From Promethearchaeia archaeon (lineage in GTDB: Archaea; Asgardarchaeota; Lokiarchaeia; Sigyniarchaeales; SOKP01): a stretch of 25,844 nt of DNA. The stretch covers positions 1-25,844 of the forward strand of contig JAWOFX010000172.1 in the NCBI GenBank assembly GCA_046497275.1, read 5' to 3'. Each line of letters opens with the position of its first letter. Position 1 is the stretch's first letter. The position numbers were made by a program, and so were the translations under genes. The notes beneath the pieces were generated by a model that ran no database searches, was not told the origin of the DNA, and saw only the letters and a list, made by a program, of their open reading frames with translations. This document shows, piece by piece, positions 1 to 9,866 of this stretch.

Positions 1-98
1 AAGTCTTAATATATGAGAAAAAATCTTTTTTAATCCGAGAAAGAGAAAAACTTGAAGATCTTATTGAAAAGCAACAAATCCCAGACCATCTTAAATAA
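1..98 (+). CDS. 3' end of a gene truncated by the window edge (..VLIYEKKSFLIREREKLEDLIEKQQIPDHLK*), product unknown
   Basis: Open frame from position 3 to TAA at 96-98, with protein-like composition, converging on the kinase stop at 114. Confidence 0.5.
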   Translation, partial: VLIYEKKSFLIREREKLEDLIEKQQIPDHLK

Positions 99-113
99 TG
101 TTTGTTTATTTGT

Positions 114-1607
114 TTAGCTTTTAGATAAGGGGATCATTAACACAAAATTAGTTCCTTTTTCATAATTGCCTTTTATACGTGATTGTATAGAGATCTCGCC
201 TTTATAGAATTCGATAATTTTTTTAACTAAAGATAACCCCAAACCTAAACCATTTGATTTGGTTGATGTTTCAAAATCACCCTTAAAAATTGTTTCTCTA
301 TGTGAGGGAGGGATACCTATTCCATTATCGATAAACTCTAATTTTACAAATTCCTTGTCATTTTTAGTGGTTTTAGCTGTATTTATATTTATTTTTATAG
401 GATCACTCTGATTATATTTGACAGCATTTATCAAAATATTTTCAAAAATATCTGTAATTAATTCATCTGCTCTTACATAAATAGGATCCTCTGGAATATT
501 GATCTCAAATTTGAGGTTTTTGTTTGAATAGTTTTCTTGTATATATTCCACAGTTTTTGCGATTTCCTCATTTATATTTATTGATTTTAACTGTTTTTCA
601 TAATTTTCAAGTTCTGTTAATCTAATCACGTTTTTTATTAGATTTGAACCCCGAAAAATTTGGTTTTTTATCTTATCGTGATATTTCTCTACATTATTTT
701 TTTCCATTTTATAAAGATCTAATGATGAGATAATATTCTGGAAAATATTATTAATATCATGAGCAAATAAATCTTTATAAAAATTGGTACGTTTATAGGT
801 TTGATTTAAAGATTGTTCTCTCTGTTTTAATTGTTGAAATAAGGCTTGTATCGGATTTTTAAGTCCAATTCGAACAATTCCAAGGTATATAAAATAAAAC
901 GAGATTATTTTAAAAATATGACCAATAATATTAGATATACCGTATAAATGTGTATAGAGAGTGAAAGCAAATTCAGAAATTATCGTTGCAATCAATGAAT
1001 AAATGATGAGTAAAAAAATTTCATGCGTAAAATCTCGCCTCCTCTTATAGAGTAAGACTATTGATATTAATAGAAATAAAATTATGATATATTCACTAAT
1101 AATTTTAAAATTGGTTAACCCACTTGCCGAAATGAAACAATCTGGAAAATAGCCATAAAATATCAAAAATAACATGATAAGAGTAACTACTGCATAGCAA
1201 ATTAGTAAGTTTGTATAATTTCCTTCAAATTTATAAGGAATCAAAGCAATTATGAATGAAATCGATTGCATATATCGAGCTAAAATCCATAATTGAGTAG
1301 GAAGATTAGCATCATATCCTACGAATATATTCATACCTTCATAAGAGAGTGTATGCAGTAAATCTATAAATGCTATGAAAAAAGAAGCAATTCCGTATCG
1401 TATAAAAAAACTTGATTCAGTAAAATTACGCGTATTCCACCCTATTATAAAAATACTTATTGCGATAACTATGCTGAATAATTCAGTAATAACATGGAAT
1501 AATAAAAAATTATAAGCACTAATTAATGAGATGGGGATTAATATTATTATAATTCCAAGTATTTTAACATAAGTTTTGGAGAGCAATTCGGTATTATTAT
1601 CTTTCAT
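114..1607 (-). CDS. Membrane sensor histidine kinase (MASE3-like multi-TM N-terminus + HisKA + HATPase)
   Basis: About 7-8 hydrophobic segments with FHVITELFS, DLLHTLSYEGM and QLWILARY (MASE3-like); H-box FAHDINN; N-box NILINAVKYN; G1 DNGIGI; G2 GLGLGLSL. Confidence 0.88.
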   Translation of the reverse strand: MKDNNTELLSKTYVKILGIIIILIPISLISAYNFLLFHVITELFSIVIAISIFIIGWNTRNFTESSFFIRYGIASFFIAFIDLLHTLSYEGMNIFVGYDANLPTQLWILARYMQSISFIIALIPYKFEGNYTNLLICYAVVTLIMLFLIFYGYFPDCFISASGLTNFKIISEYIIILFLLISIVLLYKRRRDFTHEIFLLIIYSLIATIISEFAFTLYTHLYGISNIIGHIFKIISFYFIYLGIVRIGLKNPIQALFQQLKQREQSLNQTYKRTNFYKDLFAHDINNIFQNIISSLDLYKMEKNNVEKYHDKIKNQIFRGSNLIKNVIRLTELENYEKQLKSININEEIAKTVEYIQENYSNKNLKFEINIPEDPIYVRADELITDIFENILINAVKYNQSDPIKININTAKTTKNDKEFVKLEFIDNGIGIPPSHRETIFKGDFETSTKSNGLGLGLSLVKKIIEFYKGEISIQSRIKGNYEKGTNFVLMIPLSKS

Positions 1608-1852
1608 AAAATTCTCACAAATTGGGAGGGAAAAAAGTTAATCAAGAAAATAAAAATTTTTATTATTAGTAAATTTGTTTATAGTATTTATAATTATTAT
1701 TAGATTTAAAACCCAATCGAATATTTATAATTCTCTCAGATTAATCCTTCATAGAAATGGGAGGTTTTTTCAATAAAATTTTTTTTGTATGATCGAAGAA
1801 GCAATTATATTTTAAGATAATAAGATTTTTAAAAACAATAAATATATCTTGA

Positions 1853-2677
1853 TTATTTTAATGAGAGAACATCTCTCATCTCGTAGATTTTAGGTTCATT
1901 TTGCTCCATAACAAATTTAATAGCTTTAATTGCCCCTGTTGCGAAACAGTTTCTACTATGAGCTTGATGTTTAAATTCAATTCTTTCTCCAGAACCAGCA
2001 TATAAAACGATATGATCTCCTACAATATCGCCGGCTCTTATTGAATGAACTCCAATCTCATTCTTTGCTCCAACATTACGTTTATTAGGTCCTTTATCCC
2101 TTCCAAATTTTGCAACATCATCGAACTTACAATTAATCGCGTCACAAATAGTTTTCCCAATAGTAAGGGCTGTTCCAGAAGGAGAATCTAGCTTTCTATG
2201 ATGATGTGTTTCAATTATTTCTATATCCCAATCTTCTAAATATTTTGATAATATCGAAACCATTTTAAAGAACACATTAACTCCTGTTGCCATATTTGAT
2301 GAGATAACTGCGGGAATTTCATTTTTTTCCATAATTTCTCTGAATTTTTCTAAAAATGTATTAGATAATCCCGTGGTGCCAATCACACATCTAATTCCTT
2401 TTTTAGCGCATATTAAAGAATTTATCTCAGTCGCTTTTGCTACAGTAAAATCAACCGCAACCTCTGGATGAGTCTGCTCAACAATATCTTCAAGATTTTT
2501 TACATCTGATATAATGATTTGATTTGTGTCAGTTTCACTCACTAAATTTCCTAATTTTTTCCCGATATTTTTAATATCACATGCAGCGACGACTTCAATA
2601 TTTTCATCATTTAATGCTAGTTTTGATACTAATTTTCCCATTGAACCCGAAGGTCCAAAAATTAATAATTTAATCAC
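1853..2677 (-). CDS. dapB: 4-hydroxy-tetrahydrodipicolinate reductase
   Basis: N-terminal Rossmann GPSGSMG, DFT, IGTTG, SSNMATGVN, and the signature ETHHHRKLDSPSGTA and RAGDIVGDH; GTG start; directly downstream of dapA. Confidence 0.96.
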   Translation of the reverse strand: MIKLLIFGPSGSMGKLVSKLALNDENIEVVAACDIKNIGKKLGNLVSETDTNQIIISDVKNLEDIVEQTHPEVAVDFTVAKATEINSLICAKKGIRCVIGTTGLSNTFLEKFREIMEKNEIPAVISSNMATGVNVFFKMVSILSKYLEDWDIEIIETHHHRKLDSPSGTALTIGKTICDAINCKFDDVAKFGRDKGPNKRNVGAKNEIGVHSIRAGDIVGDHIVLYAGSGERIEFKHQAHSRNCFATGAIKAIKFVMEQNEPKIYEMRDVLSLK

Positions 2678-2704
2678 TCTAAAACACCTAATAAAAATAG
2701 ATTT

Positions 2705-3604
2705 TTATATTAAATTTTGCTGTTTCAATACAGCTTTTATTTTTTCTTTACTCTCTTCTAAAGGAGGAGTAAGTGGTAATCTCATTTTTCCATTCATAAT
2801 ATTCATAAGTTCAGCAGCATATTTTACAGGGCCTGGATTTGTTTCTATAAAAATTACTTTAAATAAATCATAGAGCTCCAAATGTTCTTTCCTTGCATTC
2901 CCCCATTTATGATTTCCCATTAATTTTATAAATTCTACCATACGTTTTGGAATAATATTAGATGCTACACTAATAACACCTTTACCTCCTAAAGCCATTA
3001 AGTGATAGGTCATTGGATCATCACCACTTAATACTATAAAATCCTCTGGAGTCATTTTAATAATTCTAGTTATTTGATTAATATCTCCACTTGCACATTT
3101 TATTCCTATAATATTATCTTTATTATATGCTAATTTAGAAATAGTTTCTGGTTCTAAATTGCGACCAGTTCTACTAGGAACATTATAAAGAATAATTGGA
3201 CTTGAAACTGCGTCGGCAATCGTAGCAAAGTGATCATAAAGAGAATGCTGTACTGGTTTATTATAATAAGGCACCACAATTAATAATCCATCTGCTCCTG
3301 CTTTTTCAGCATATTTACTTAAAGATATCGCCTCTCTGGTGGAATTACTTCCAGTACCCGCTAATACGAAAGGTTGCTTTCCACTTTTACGAGCTTCATC
3401 AATAGTAATGTCAATTGCTTGATGATGTTCATCATGAGAAAGAGTTGCACTCTCTCCAGTAGTTCCCATTGTTAAAAGGTGGCATCCATTTTCGATTTGA
3501 AAGCGTATGAACTCACGGTATTTTTTTTCATCGATAGACATGTCTTCTTTGAACGGAGTAATCATTGCCGTTATTACGGTATTATTCAACTTATCATGTG
3601 TCAT
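2705..3604 (-). CDS. dapA: 4-hydroxy-tetrahydrodipicolinate synthase
   Basis: TAMITPF, GTTGES, AGTGSNST, VPYYNKP, YNVPSRTG, Schiff-base Lys in IGIKCASG, ETNPGPVK. Confidence 0.96.
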   Translation of the reverse strand: MTHDKLNNTVITAMITPFKEDMSIDEKKYREFIRFQIENGCHLLTMGTTGESATLSHDEHHQAIDITIDEARKSGKQPFVLAGTGSNSTREAISLSKYAEKAGADGLLIVVPYYNKPVQHSLYDHFATIADAVSSPIILYNVPSRTGRNLEPETISKLAYNKDNIIGIKCASGDINQITRIIKMTPEDFIVLSGDDPMTYHLMALGGKGVISVASNIIPKRMVEFIKLMGNHKWGNARKEHLELYDLFKVIFIETNPGPVKYAAELMNIMNGKMRLPLTPPLEESKEKIKAVLKQQNLI

Positions 3605-3730
3605 TTTAGTTTCCTCATTATTTTTCTTATATAAATATTTGACTTTATTTAAAATATTATTGATTTTCGAATAAATATCAATAAAATTAGTTGATTTGTG
3701 AAAGATAGGGAAAAAAATTACCAGAAAAAA

Positions 3731-4981
3731 TTAAATTCTGTTTTTCTTATCTTTTTCTAATTTCTTTTTTATAATAAAACCCATTCTGGACTGTAAACCC
3801 CATAAAGGGATAAAACCATAACTCAGCTTCTGATCAAAGGAACTTCCCGCATCATAAGTGGCTAGATTTAAATCATAAATTCCATAGGGAGATTCGCGAG
3901 CGACAACATTAGCAGAACCTTTAAATAATTTTAGCTTTACACTTCCGATTACTTTTTTATTAATTTCATCGATAAACGCTTGTAATGAATCTCTTAAAGG
4001 ATCAACCCATAATCCTTCATATGCAAGTTCAGTCCATCTCTGGTCCACTATACTTTTAAATGAATTCTCATGTTTAGTACATACATATTTCTCTAAATCT
4101 TTATGTGCTTTAATTAGAATAAGAGCTGCGGGTACTTCATATGTTTCTCGGGATTTTAATCCAATAGCACGATCTTCCATATGTTCTATCCTTCCAACTC
4201 CGTGCTTACATCCTAGTTCATGAAGTTTGAATACAATTTCCACTCCATTCATCCTCTCTCCATTTAATCCAATGGGAATTCCCTCCTCAAAATTAATAGT
4301 TATATTTTCAGGAGTGTCTGGTGCATTTTTAGGATTCTTGGTCCATACTTTCGAATCTTCTGGAGGTTCAATTTCTGGATGATCCAAAATATCACATTCA
4401 GCACTACGTCCAAATAAATTCTCATCAATACTATATTTTTTATTTTGATTTGGAATTGGAATACCATGCTGTTCTGCATATTTCATCTCCTCATCTCGTC
4501 CCATATTCCATTCGATGAGCGGTTGCAGTATTTCTATGTCTGGAGCATAGGCTTTAGCAGTTACGTTAAATCGAATCTGATCATTTCCTTTTCCGGTACA
4601 TCCGTGAGCAATTACCGGAATATTTTCTTTCTTAGCAATTTTTATAGCTTCAATAGCGATTAATGGTCTGCCGACAGCTGTACTCAGGGGATAAATTCCT
4701 TGATATAGCCCATTTGCTTTTATTACCGGAAAAATATATTCATTAACAAAAACTTCTTTCAGATCAACTATATAATGTTTTATCGTACCTAATTTTTTTG
4801 CTTTCTCCTCAATTTCTCTGAATCTGGTTGGATCCGCAAATTCTTGGCCTAAGTCCGCTGTAAACGTATAAACTTTAGCATTATAAGTTTCTTGTAGCCA
4901 TTTTAAAATAATGCTTGTGTCAAGACCTCCTGAATACATCAATAATATTTTCGAGTAGCTCTCCTTTTTAGATCCTAACAT
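3731..4981 (-). CDS. argG: Argininosuccinate synthase (start placed at ATG 4981 rather than the ORF-track 5074)
   Basis: YSGGLDTS, YPLSTAVGRPLIA, AHGCTGKGNDQIRF, YSIDENLFGRS and GLKSRETYEVPA; the first 31 ORF codons are low-complexity and precede the conserved start. Confidence 0.96.
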   Translation of the reverse strand: MLGSKKESYSKILLMYSGGLDTSIILKWLQETYNAKVYTFTADLGQEFADPTRFREIEEKAKKLGTIKHYIVDLKEVFVNEYIFPVIKANGLYQGIYPLSTAVGRPLIAIEAIKIAKKENIPVIAHGCTGKGNDQIRFNVTAKAYAPDIEILQPLIEWNMGRDEEMKYAEQHGIPIPNQNKKYSIDENLFGRSAECDILDHPEIEPPEDSKVWTKNPKNAPDTPENITINFEEGIPIGLNGERMNGVEIVFKLHELGCKHGVGRIEHMEDRAIGLKSRETYEVPAALILIKAHKDLEKYVCTKHENSFKSIVDQRWTELAYEGLWVDPLRDSLQAFIDEINKKVIGSVKLKLFKGSANVVARESPYGIYDLNLATYDAGSSFDQKLSYGFIPLWGLQSRMGFIIKKKLEKDKKNRI

Positions 4982-5122
4982 ATTTATAATTAGTATATCA
5001 TATTTTTTCTTATTTTGGATTATTGGTTTTTTAACAAAAATTAAACTTAAAATTAAATATAGAATCTTATTCATTTATGATCGATGATAGTGAATAATTA
5101 TTAAATAAAAGGGGTTTAAAAA

Positions 5123-7000
5123 GTGAAAAGCGATAACTCCATCTTCTCAAATACTTTCTATAAAAATATTATAGACTCACTTGATATACCAATATTAATT
5201 ATAAAAAAAATAGATAATCAATTTCTTATTATTGATTGTAATCTTGCTAGTGTAGAGATTTTTGAAAGAAATAAAGGAGATTTATTTGATCTAGATATAA
5301 TAGAACTTTACAAGAATGAAAAAATTATAGAAGATTTGAAAGAATGTTTCAATAAAAAAACACAATTCTCAAAATTAAGAAAATTACAGTATTTAGAATC
5401 TAAAGAACCCAAAATACAGATTATAAAATATCATTATATTGAATCAAATATGGCATTTTTATACTTTCAAAGTATAGAAAAATGTTTTGGGGATACTAAA
5501 AATAACAAAATGCAAGAAAAATATGTTCTGGAGAATCTTATCGAGCATATAGTCTTTCAAGATAACAATCACACAATTTTATGGGCAAATGAAGCCGCAA
5601 TAAAATCTATAAATGCAGATTTAAGTGATTTGGTAGGTAAGAAATGTTACGAAGTATGGGCAAATAGAAGTACTCCTTGTGAGAACTGTCCTGTTGAAGC
5701 TGCTATTAAATCGGGGAAATCAGAAATTGGCCAACAATCAACTTATGATGGAAGAGGATGGTATATTAAAGGTTTTCCAGTTAAAGATACTTACAATAAT
5801 ATAATTGGAGCTATAGAATATACAATTGATATAACAGAATGGTCTAATTTAGAAAAAGAATTATTAAATAAAACTAGATTAATGCATAAAATAACAGAAA
5901 CAAGCCCTGTTGCAATTACTCTTTTAAATCTGGAGGGAAATATTATTTTTTCTAACAAACGAGCAAAAGAGATTTTTGGGTTAAAGAGAGAAGAGATGTT
6001 AAGTAGAAAGTATAATTCTAAAGAATGGCAAATACATGATTTAGATGGTAATCCTTTCCCCGACGAAGAATTACCATTTCGTAAAGTAATAGAAAGGAAA
6101 AAGCCATATTATGGTATTAAACATCGGATAACAAATTCCGATGGAGATATGAAATATTTATCTATAAATGCGGCACCTTTATTTGGTGAAAATAAAGAGC
6201 TGATCAATATAGTCACTTCTATTGAAGATATTACTGAACAAAAAAAAACAGAGCAAAAACTTATAGAATCAGAAAAAAAATATCGTGAAGCATATAGCCA
6301 AATCAACCTATATAAAGATATTTTTGCCCATGATATAAATAATATTTTACAAAATATTTCCACATCAATCGAACTCTTAGATATATATTCAAACGAGAGT
6401 TATGTTTCAGATAATTTTAATGAAATTATTAAGATTATTGAAAAACAAGTTATGAGAGGGGCAAATCTTAATTCTAATATAAATGTGTTATCTCAATTAG
6501 AAAATAAAATAGAATCTTTAAAGCCAATCAACGCTCTTACCTATTTGAGAAAATCAGTTAATAAAATTAAAGATCATATGAAATACGACAAAAATATTGA
6601 AATAGAGATCAAAAGACTCCCCGTGGGAAATGATGTTTATATCAGAGCAAATAGTTTGATTGAATATCTATTTGATAATATTCTATTAAACTCAATATTA
6701 CACAATAAAAATGATCTTATTACTATTGAAATTAATATTGCACGAAAAGAAATAGAAGATTCAGATTATTTAACGATTGAATTCATAGATAATGGTGTTG
6801 GATTCATAGATGATTTTAAAAAGGAAATTTTTAGAAATAGTAAGGAATATAAAAGATTGGAGGGAATAGGCTTAGGATTTATGTTGATAAAGAAAATCAT
6901 AGAAACCTATGTAGGAAAAATTGAGATTGAAAATCGGAACGCTGATGATCCAAGCCAAGGAAGTAGATTTCTTCTTGTTTTGCCTGCAGCAAATATTTGA
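5123..7000 (+). CDS. Cytoplasmic PAS-domain sensor histidine kinase
   Basis: PAS-like segments (ILWANEAA..GKKCYEVW..PCENCPV; IIFSNKRAKEIFG..SINAAPLF..SIEDITEQK); H-box FAHDINN; DNGVGF; GIGLGF. Confidence 0.9.
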   Translation: MKSDNSIFSNTFYKNIIDSLDIPILIIKKIDNQFLIIDCNLASVEIFERNKGDLFDLDIIELYKNEKIIEDLKECFNKKTQFSKLRKLQYLESKEPKIQIIKYHYIESNMAFLYFQSIEKCFGDTKNNKMQEKYVLENLIEHIVFQDNNHTILWANEAAIKSINADLSDLVGKKCYEVWANRSTPCENCPVEAAIKSGKSEIGQQSTYDGRGWYIKGFPVKDTYNNIIGAIEYTIDITEWSNLEKELLNKTRLMHKITETSPVAITLLNLEGNIIFSNKRAKEIFGLKREEMLSRKYNSKEWQIHDLDGNPFPDEELPFRKVIERKKPYYGIKHRITNSDGDMKYLSINAAPLFGENKELINIVTSIEDITEQKKTEQKLIESEKKYREAYSQINLYKDIFAHDINNILQNISTSIELLDIYSNESYVSDNFNEIIKIIEKQVMRGANLNSNINVLSQLENKIESLKPINALTYLRKSVNKIKDHMKYDKNIEIEIKRLPVGNDVYIRANSLIEYLFDNILLNSILHNKNDLITIEINIARKEIEDSDYLTIEFIDNGVGFIDDFKKEIFRNSKEYKRLEGIGLGFMLIKKIIETYVGKIEIENRNADDPSQGSRFLLVLPAANI

Positions 7001-7254
7001 GATTATTTTTTATTCTTTCCGATTTATTGTACAATCACTATAAAGTAAAAAAAATTAAATAGTTCATAAATTATATTTTAATAAAATCTTAGATTTTTAA
7101 TGATATTTTTATAAATTTCTTTCCTAGTTGGGAGGAGGATCATTTTAACTACAAAGAACTGCCATAAAAAAGTCCTAAAGAAAAAAACATATCATTATAA
7201 TTATAGTAAATCCTTGGCGGAAACTTTTATAAGATTATATTTGGAGGGATAAAA

Positions 7255-7626
7255 ATTACTTCAGTATTCATTGTGGAAGATGATAGATCAATACAGACCT
7301 TATATAAAAAGTTTCTTGATTTATACGGTTTTAATGTAGCCGGAACCGCCAGTAATGGTGAAGAAGCTGTCCAAAAATTTAGATCTTTTATTAAAAAACC
7401 AGATATAATACTTATGGATCATAGAATGCCAGTTAAAGACGGAATTGAAGCTACAAAAGAAATTCTCTCCATAGATAGTAGTATCAATATAATTTTTGCT
7501 AGTGCAGATAAAACAATAATGGATGAAGCACAAAAGTTGGGTATAATTAGTTTTCTTGAAAAACCATTTAGTTTAGAAATCCTGATTGATTGTATTAAAA
7601 ATCTGGGAACCCAAAAATCAGTTTAG
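7255..7626 (+). CDS. Single-domain CheY-like response regulator (start probably upstream of the GTG at 7273)
   Basis: SVFIVEDD acidic pocket, PDIILMDHRMP with phospho-acceptor Asp, FASAD, FLEKPF; lies downstream of a histidine kinase. Confidence 0.92.
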   Translation: MTSVFIVEDDRSIQTLYKKFLDLYGFNVAGTASNGEEAVQKFRSFIKKPDIILMDHRMPVKDGIEATKEILSIDSSINIIFASADKTIMDEAQKLGIISFLEKPFSLEILIDCIKNLGTQKSV

Positions 7627-7670
7627 TCCTCTCCAGCCGGAGAATCAAAAAATTGTTCTAGATTATAAGG

Positions 7671-7787
7671 ATTGATTATTTAGATAAATTCAAAGGAAGT
7701 TTAATTGGGACTGCCCTCGGAGATACTCTTGGGCGTCCATTCGAAGGAAAGCTTAGGAACAGCATACGTGGAAATTTTGAATCCTAA
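7671..7787 (+). pseudogene. N-terminal fragment of an ADP-ribosylglycohydrolase (DraG/ARH family)
   Basis: My translation IDYLDKFKGSLIGTALGDTLGRPFEGKLRNSIRGNFES* matches the family's first motif (D[KR]FxGxLxGxAxGDxLGxPxE); stop after 38 codons; not in the ORF track. Confidence 0.7.
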
Positions 7788-7849
7788 ATATTGCCGAAAG
7801 ACTACATGGTAAATTTCAAAAATGAGTTTTTATTTATGTTTCTCATAAT

Positions 7850-8476
7850 TTAGAAAGAGTTACTCGAAATATTCACAGCGTTGAAATATTTTTTTGCCAA
7901 TCTGGCATAATAATAGAAAAAATATGCCATAATAAGAAAGAAGATTGAGGTAAAAAAAATGGAAAAAATTAGGAAAGATGAATTTAAGAATAGCGGGAAA
8001 AACAAAATTAAGGCTAAAATGCCTGCTAAATTTATTAATGAATATAATAAAGTAAGTTTAGCATAATTATGAAAACCTTTTTGAGGATTTTCTTTTTTTA
8101 AGACTTTTAGACATCTATAACAGATTAAAGAGCCGTCCTGATTCTTTTTTTGGTCTCTTTTAAACTTTCTTAGAATTGTAAAAATATTTCTAATATTTCG
8201 TTTACATATAGAACATTTAAATTGATTGCTGATTAATGACATATCATCCAAAATTTTTGTAATTTCAGACTTAGGAAAAAAACATTTATCGTTCTTATAA
8301 TTTTGGCAAGTTATACAAGTCAAGTTTTTAAAAGTTAGAAAATTTAATGCAAAATCATAAGTAGAATATTTCATGATATCATATGCTGAGTGATTTTTAC
8401 AAAGTACAAAACCATTCTTATTTATTTTAAATTTTGGGATAATATAATCCCGATTATTCAAATCTCTCTTGCCCAT
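7850..8476 (-). CDS. Hypothetical Cys-rich protein with two C-terminal TM helices
   Basis: CxxC pairs (CITC, CSIC, CYRC) plus CKNH and KCFFP; hydrophobic C-terminal segments. Confidence 0.7.
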   Translation of the reverse strand: MGKRDLNNRDYIIPKFKINKNGFVLCKNHSAYDIMKYSTYDFALNFLTFKNLTCITCQNYKNDKCFFPKSEITKILDDMSLISNQFKCSICKRNIRNIFTILRKFKRDQKKNQDGSLICYRCLKVLKKENPQKGFHNYAKLTLLYSLINLAGILALILFFPLFLNSSFLIFSIFFTSIFFLIMAYFFYYYARLAKKYFNAVNISSNSF

Positions 8477-8640
8477 ATCTTTTCGTTTTTGTAATAATAT
8501 TATCGTGGTTATAAAATTTAAGCTATGAGAGAATAAATAAGAATTTAAATTTTATTTTCTTAACAAGAGAAATCTGATTATGCTTCGAGAAAGAATAAAA
8601 AAATTAAAAATACACGAAATATTTATTATTTTATACCGAG

Positions 8641-8648
8641 TTTAAAAA
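8641..8648 (+). promoter_or_regulatory. Candidate TATA box for tRNA-Pro
   Basis: TTTAAAAA about 30-37 nt upstream of the mature tRNA 5' end; AT-rich background lowers specificity. Confidence 0.35.
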
Positions 8649-8677
8649 TTTTCTTCTAACACTCGTTTCATAAAAAC

Positions 8678-8751
8678 GGGAGGGTAGTCTAGCTTGGTAT
8701 GATTCCTGGTTTGGGACCAGGAGGCCGCGGGTTCGAATCCCGTCTCTCCCA
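8678..8751 (+). tRNA. tRNA-Pro: tRNA-Pro (anticodon TGG), intronless, no encoded CCA
   Basis: Acceptor stem GGGAGGG/CTCTCCC plus discriminator A; anticodon arm CCTGG-TTTGGGA-CCAGG; T arm GCGGG-TTCGAAT-CCCGT. Confidence 0.97.
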
Positions 8752-8757
8752 TTTTTT
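8752..8757 (+). terminator. Oligo-T tract after the tRNA (archaeal-type terminator candidate)
   Basis: TTTTTT immediately 3' of the discriminator base. Confidence 0.5.
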
Positions 8758-8814
8758 ACTTTCTAATAAATTTAAGTAATTAGAATACTTTTATAGTTTT
8801 TATCAAAATTATTT

Positions 8815-9081
8815 TCAGTTTTTTTCATATTCTTCAATAATAAGCGTTTCAGGAATGATTTCTAATATAGTTGAAATAAAGGAAATCATAACGGCCAAAT
8901 TGGAGGTAATAATCTTATAATATTTATGAAATCTTCTCTTCTGTTTGATTTTGATATTCTCATTAAAGAATTCTAAAACATCAACTATATCTTTTTCAAA
9001 TTCAGTATCACGCTCAATCCACGCAACTATATTTGAATATTTCTTATCTAAATCTTTTTTTAACTTTAATTTAATTATCAT
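8815..9081 (-). CDS. Small hypothetical protein
   Basis: 88-aa ATG ORF filling the gap between the tRNA and the next gene; no motif recognised. Confidence 0.65.
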   Translation of the reverse strand: MIIKLKLKKDLDKKYSNIVAWIERDTEFEKDIVDVLEFFNENIKIKQKRRFHKYYKIITSNLAVMISFISTILEIIPETLIIEEYEKN

Positions 9082-9189
9082 AATATTTGAATGAAGAAAA
9101 CTCTCGTATTTTAAGTTAATAATAAGTTAGGATTAATCTTCTTAAACACATAGATTTCTTCGAAAAAATATTAAAACAAAAGAAAAAAA

Positions 9190-9732
9190 TTATTTTTTAA
9201 ATAATTTTATTAATTGTACTATAGCAGCAATAATGATATATCCAAGAACCAGAATAAAAAAGATGTACTTGAAGAGTGCGAAGAATGAATGAACAATAGC
9301 AATAATGTTAGGAAATCCAAAAGGATCCGCTAGAGTAATAAGGATAAATACATTTTCGATCGCATCAAATAAAGCTGCCGCTATTCCTAATAGAGCAATA
9401 ATTAAACCTATTTGTTTTGCTTTTGATTCTTGTTCAAATATCCGAGCAATTAATAAAGACACAGAAAAAAAGATCAATCCATAACCAAGCATAAATCCAT
9501 AGTCTAGTAATTGACCAATCAGATACAAATTAATATCTGTCGCACTATAATAGAGCTTTAAAAGCTCACCACTGAAGGATAATTGACTTTGGAAAAACCC
9601 CACGGGAAAACCAGAGATCATAAAAAAATAACTCATTATAGGATAGACTATAACGAGTAAAATTATTGCGAGAATTATTGTTCTTTTTAATATTTTAGAA
9701 GACGGCCATTCTGATAATTTATTAAAATACAT
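9190..9732 (-). CDS. Hypothetical integral membrane protein (about 4 TM)
   Basis: Four hydrophobic segments; LDYGFMLGY and intramembrane FDAIEN motif. Confidence 0.8.
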   Translation of the reverse strand: MYFNKLSEWPSSKILKRTIILAIILLVIVYPIMSYFFMISGFPVGFFQSQLSFSGELLKLYYSATDINLYLIGQLLDYGFMLGYGLIFFSVSLLIARIFEQESKAKQIGLIIALLGIAAALFDAIENVFILITLADPFGFPNIIAIVHSFFALFKYIFFILVLGYIIIAAIVQLIKLFKK

Positions 9733-9866
9733 ATTAATCGTTTATCTCGATTAATAATTAAATATTCCTATTTGAGAAATAATAAATTCTACTAACAAAA
9801 AAAGAATATGGATATAATATACGGTTTTAGGAAAAATTTTATTCAAAATTTATCGTATTTTCTTGC

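Noticed and set aside
2526-2873. 115-aa plus-strand ORF
   Set aside because: Antisense shadow of dapB/dapA; no motif
4445-4663. 72-aa plus-strand ORF
   Set aside because: Antisense shadow inside argG
6109-6363. 84-aa minus-strand ORF
   Set aside because: Antisense shadow inside the PAS kinase
7321-7533. 70-aa minus-strand ORF
   Set aside because: Antisense shadow of the response regulator
8678-8751. tRNA-Pro as integration site (att) for the downstream island
   Set aside because: I found no second copy of the tRNA 3' end downstream by eye, there is no integrase in the window, and 6 kb of ordinary genes separate it from the island
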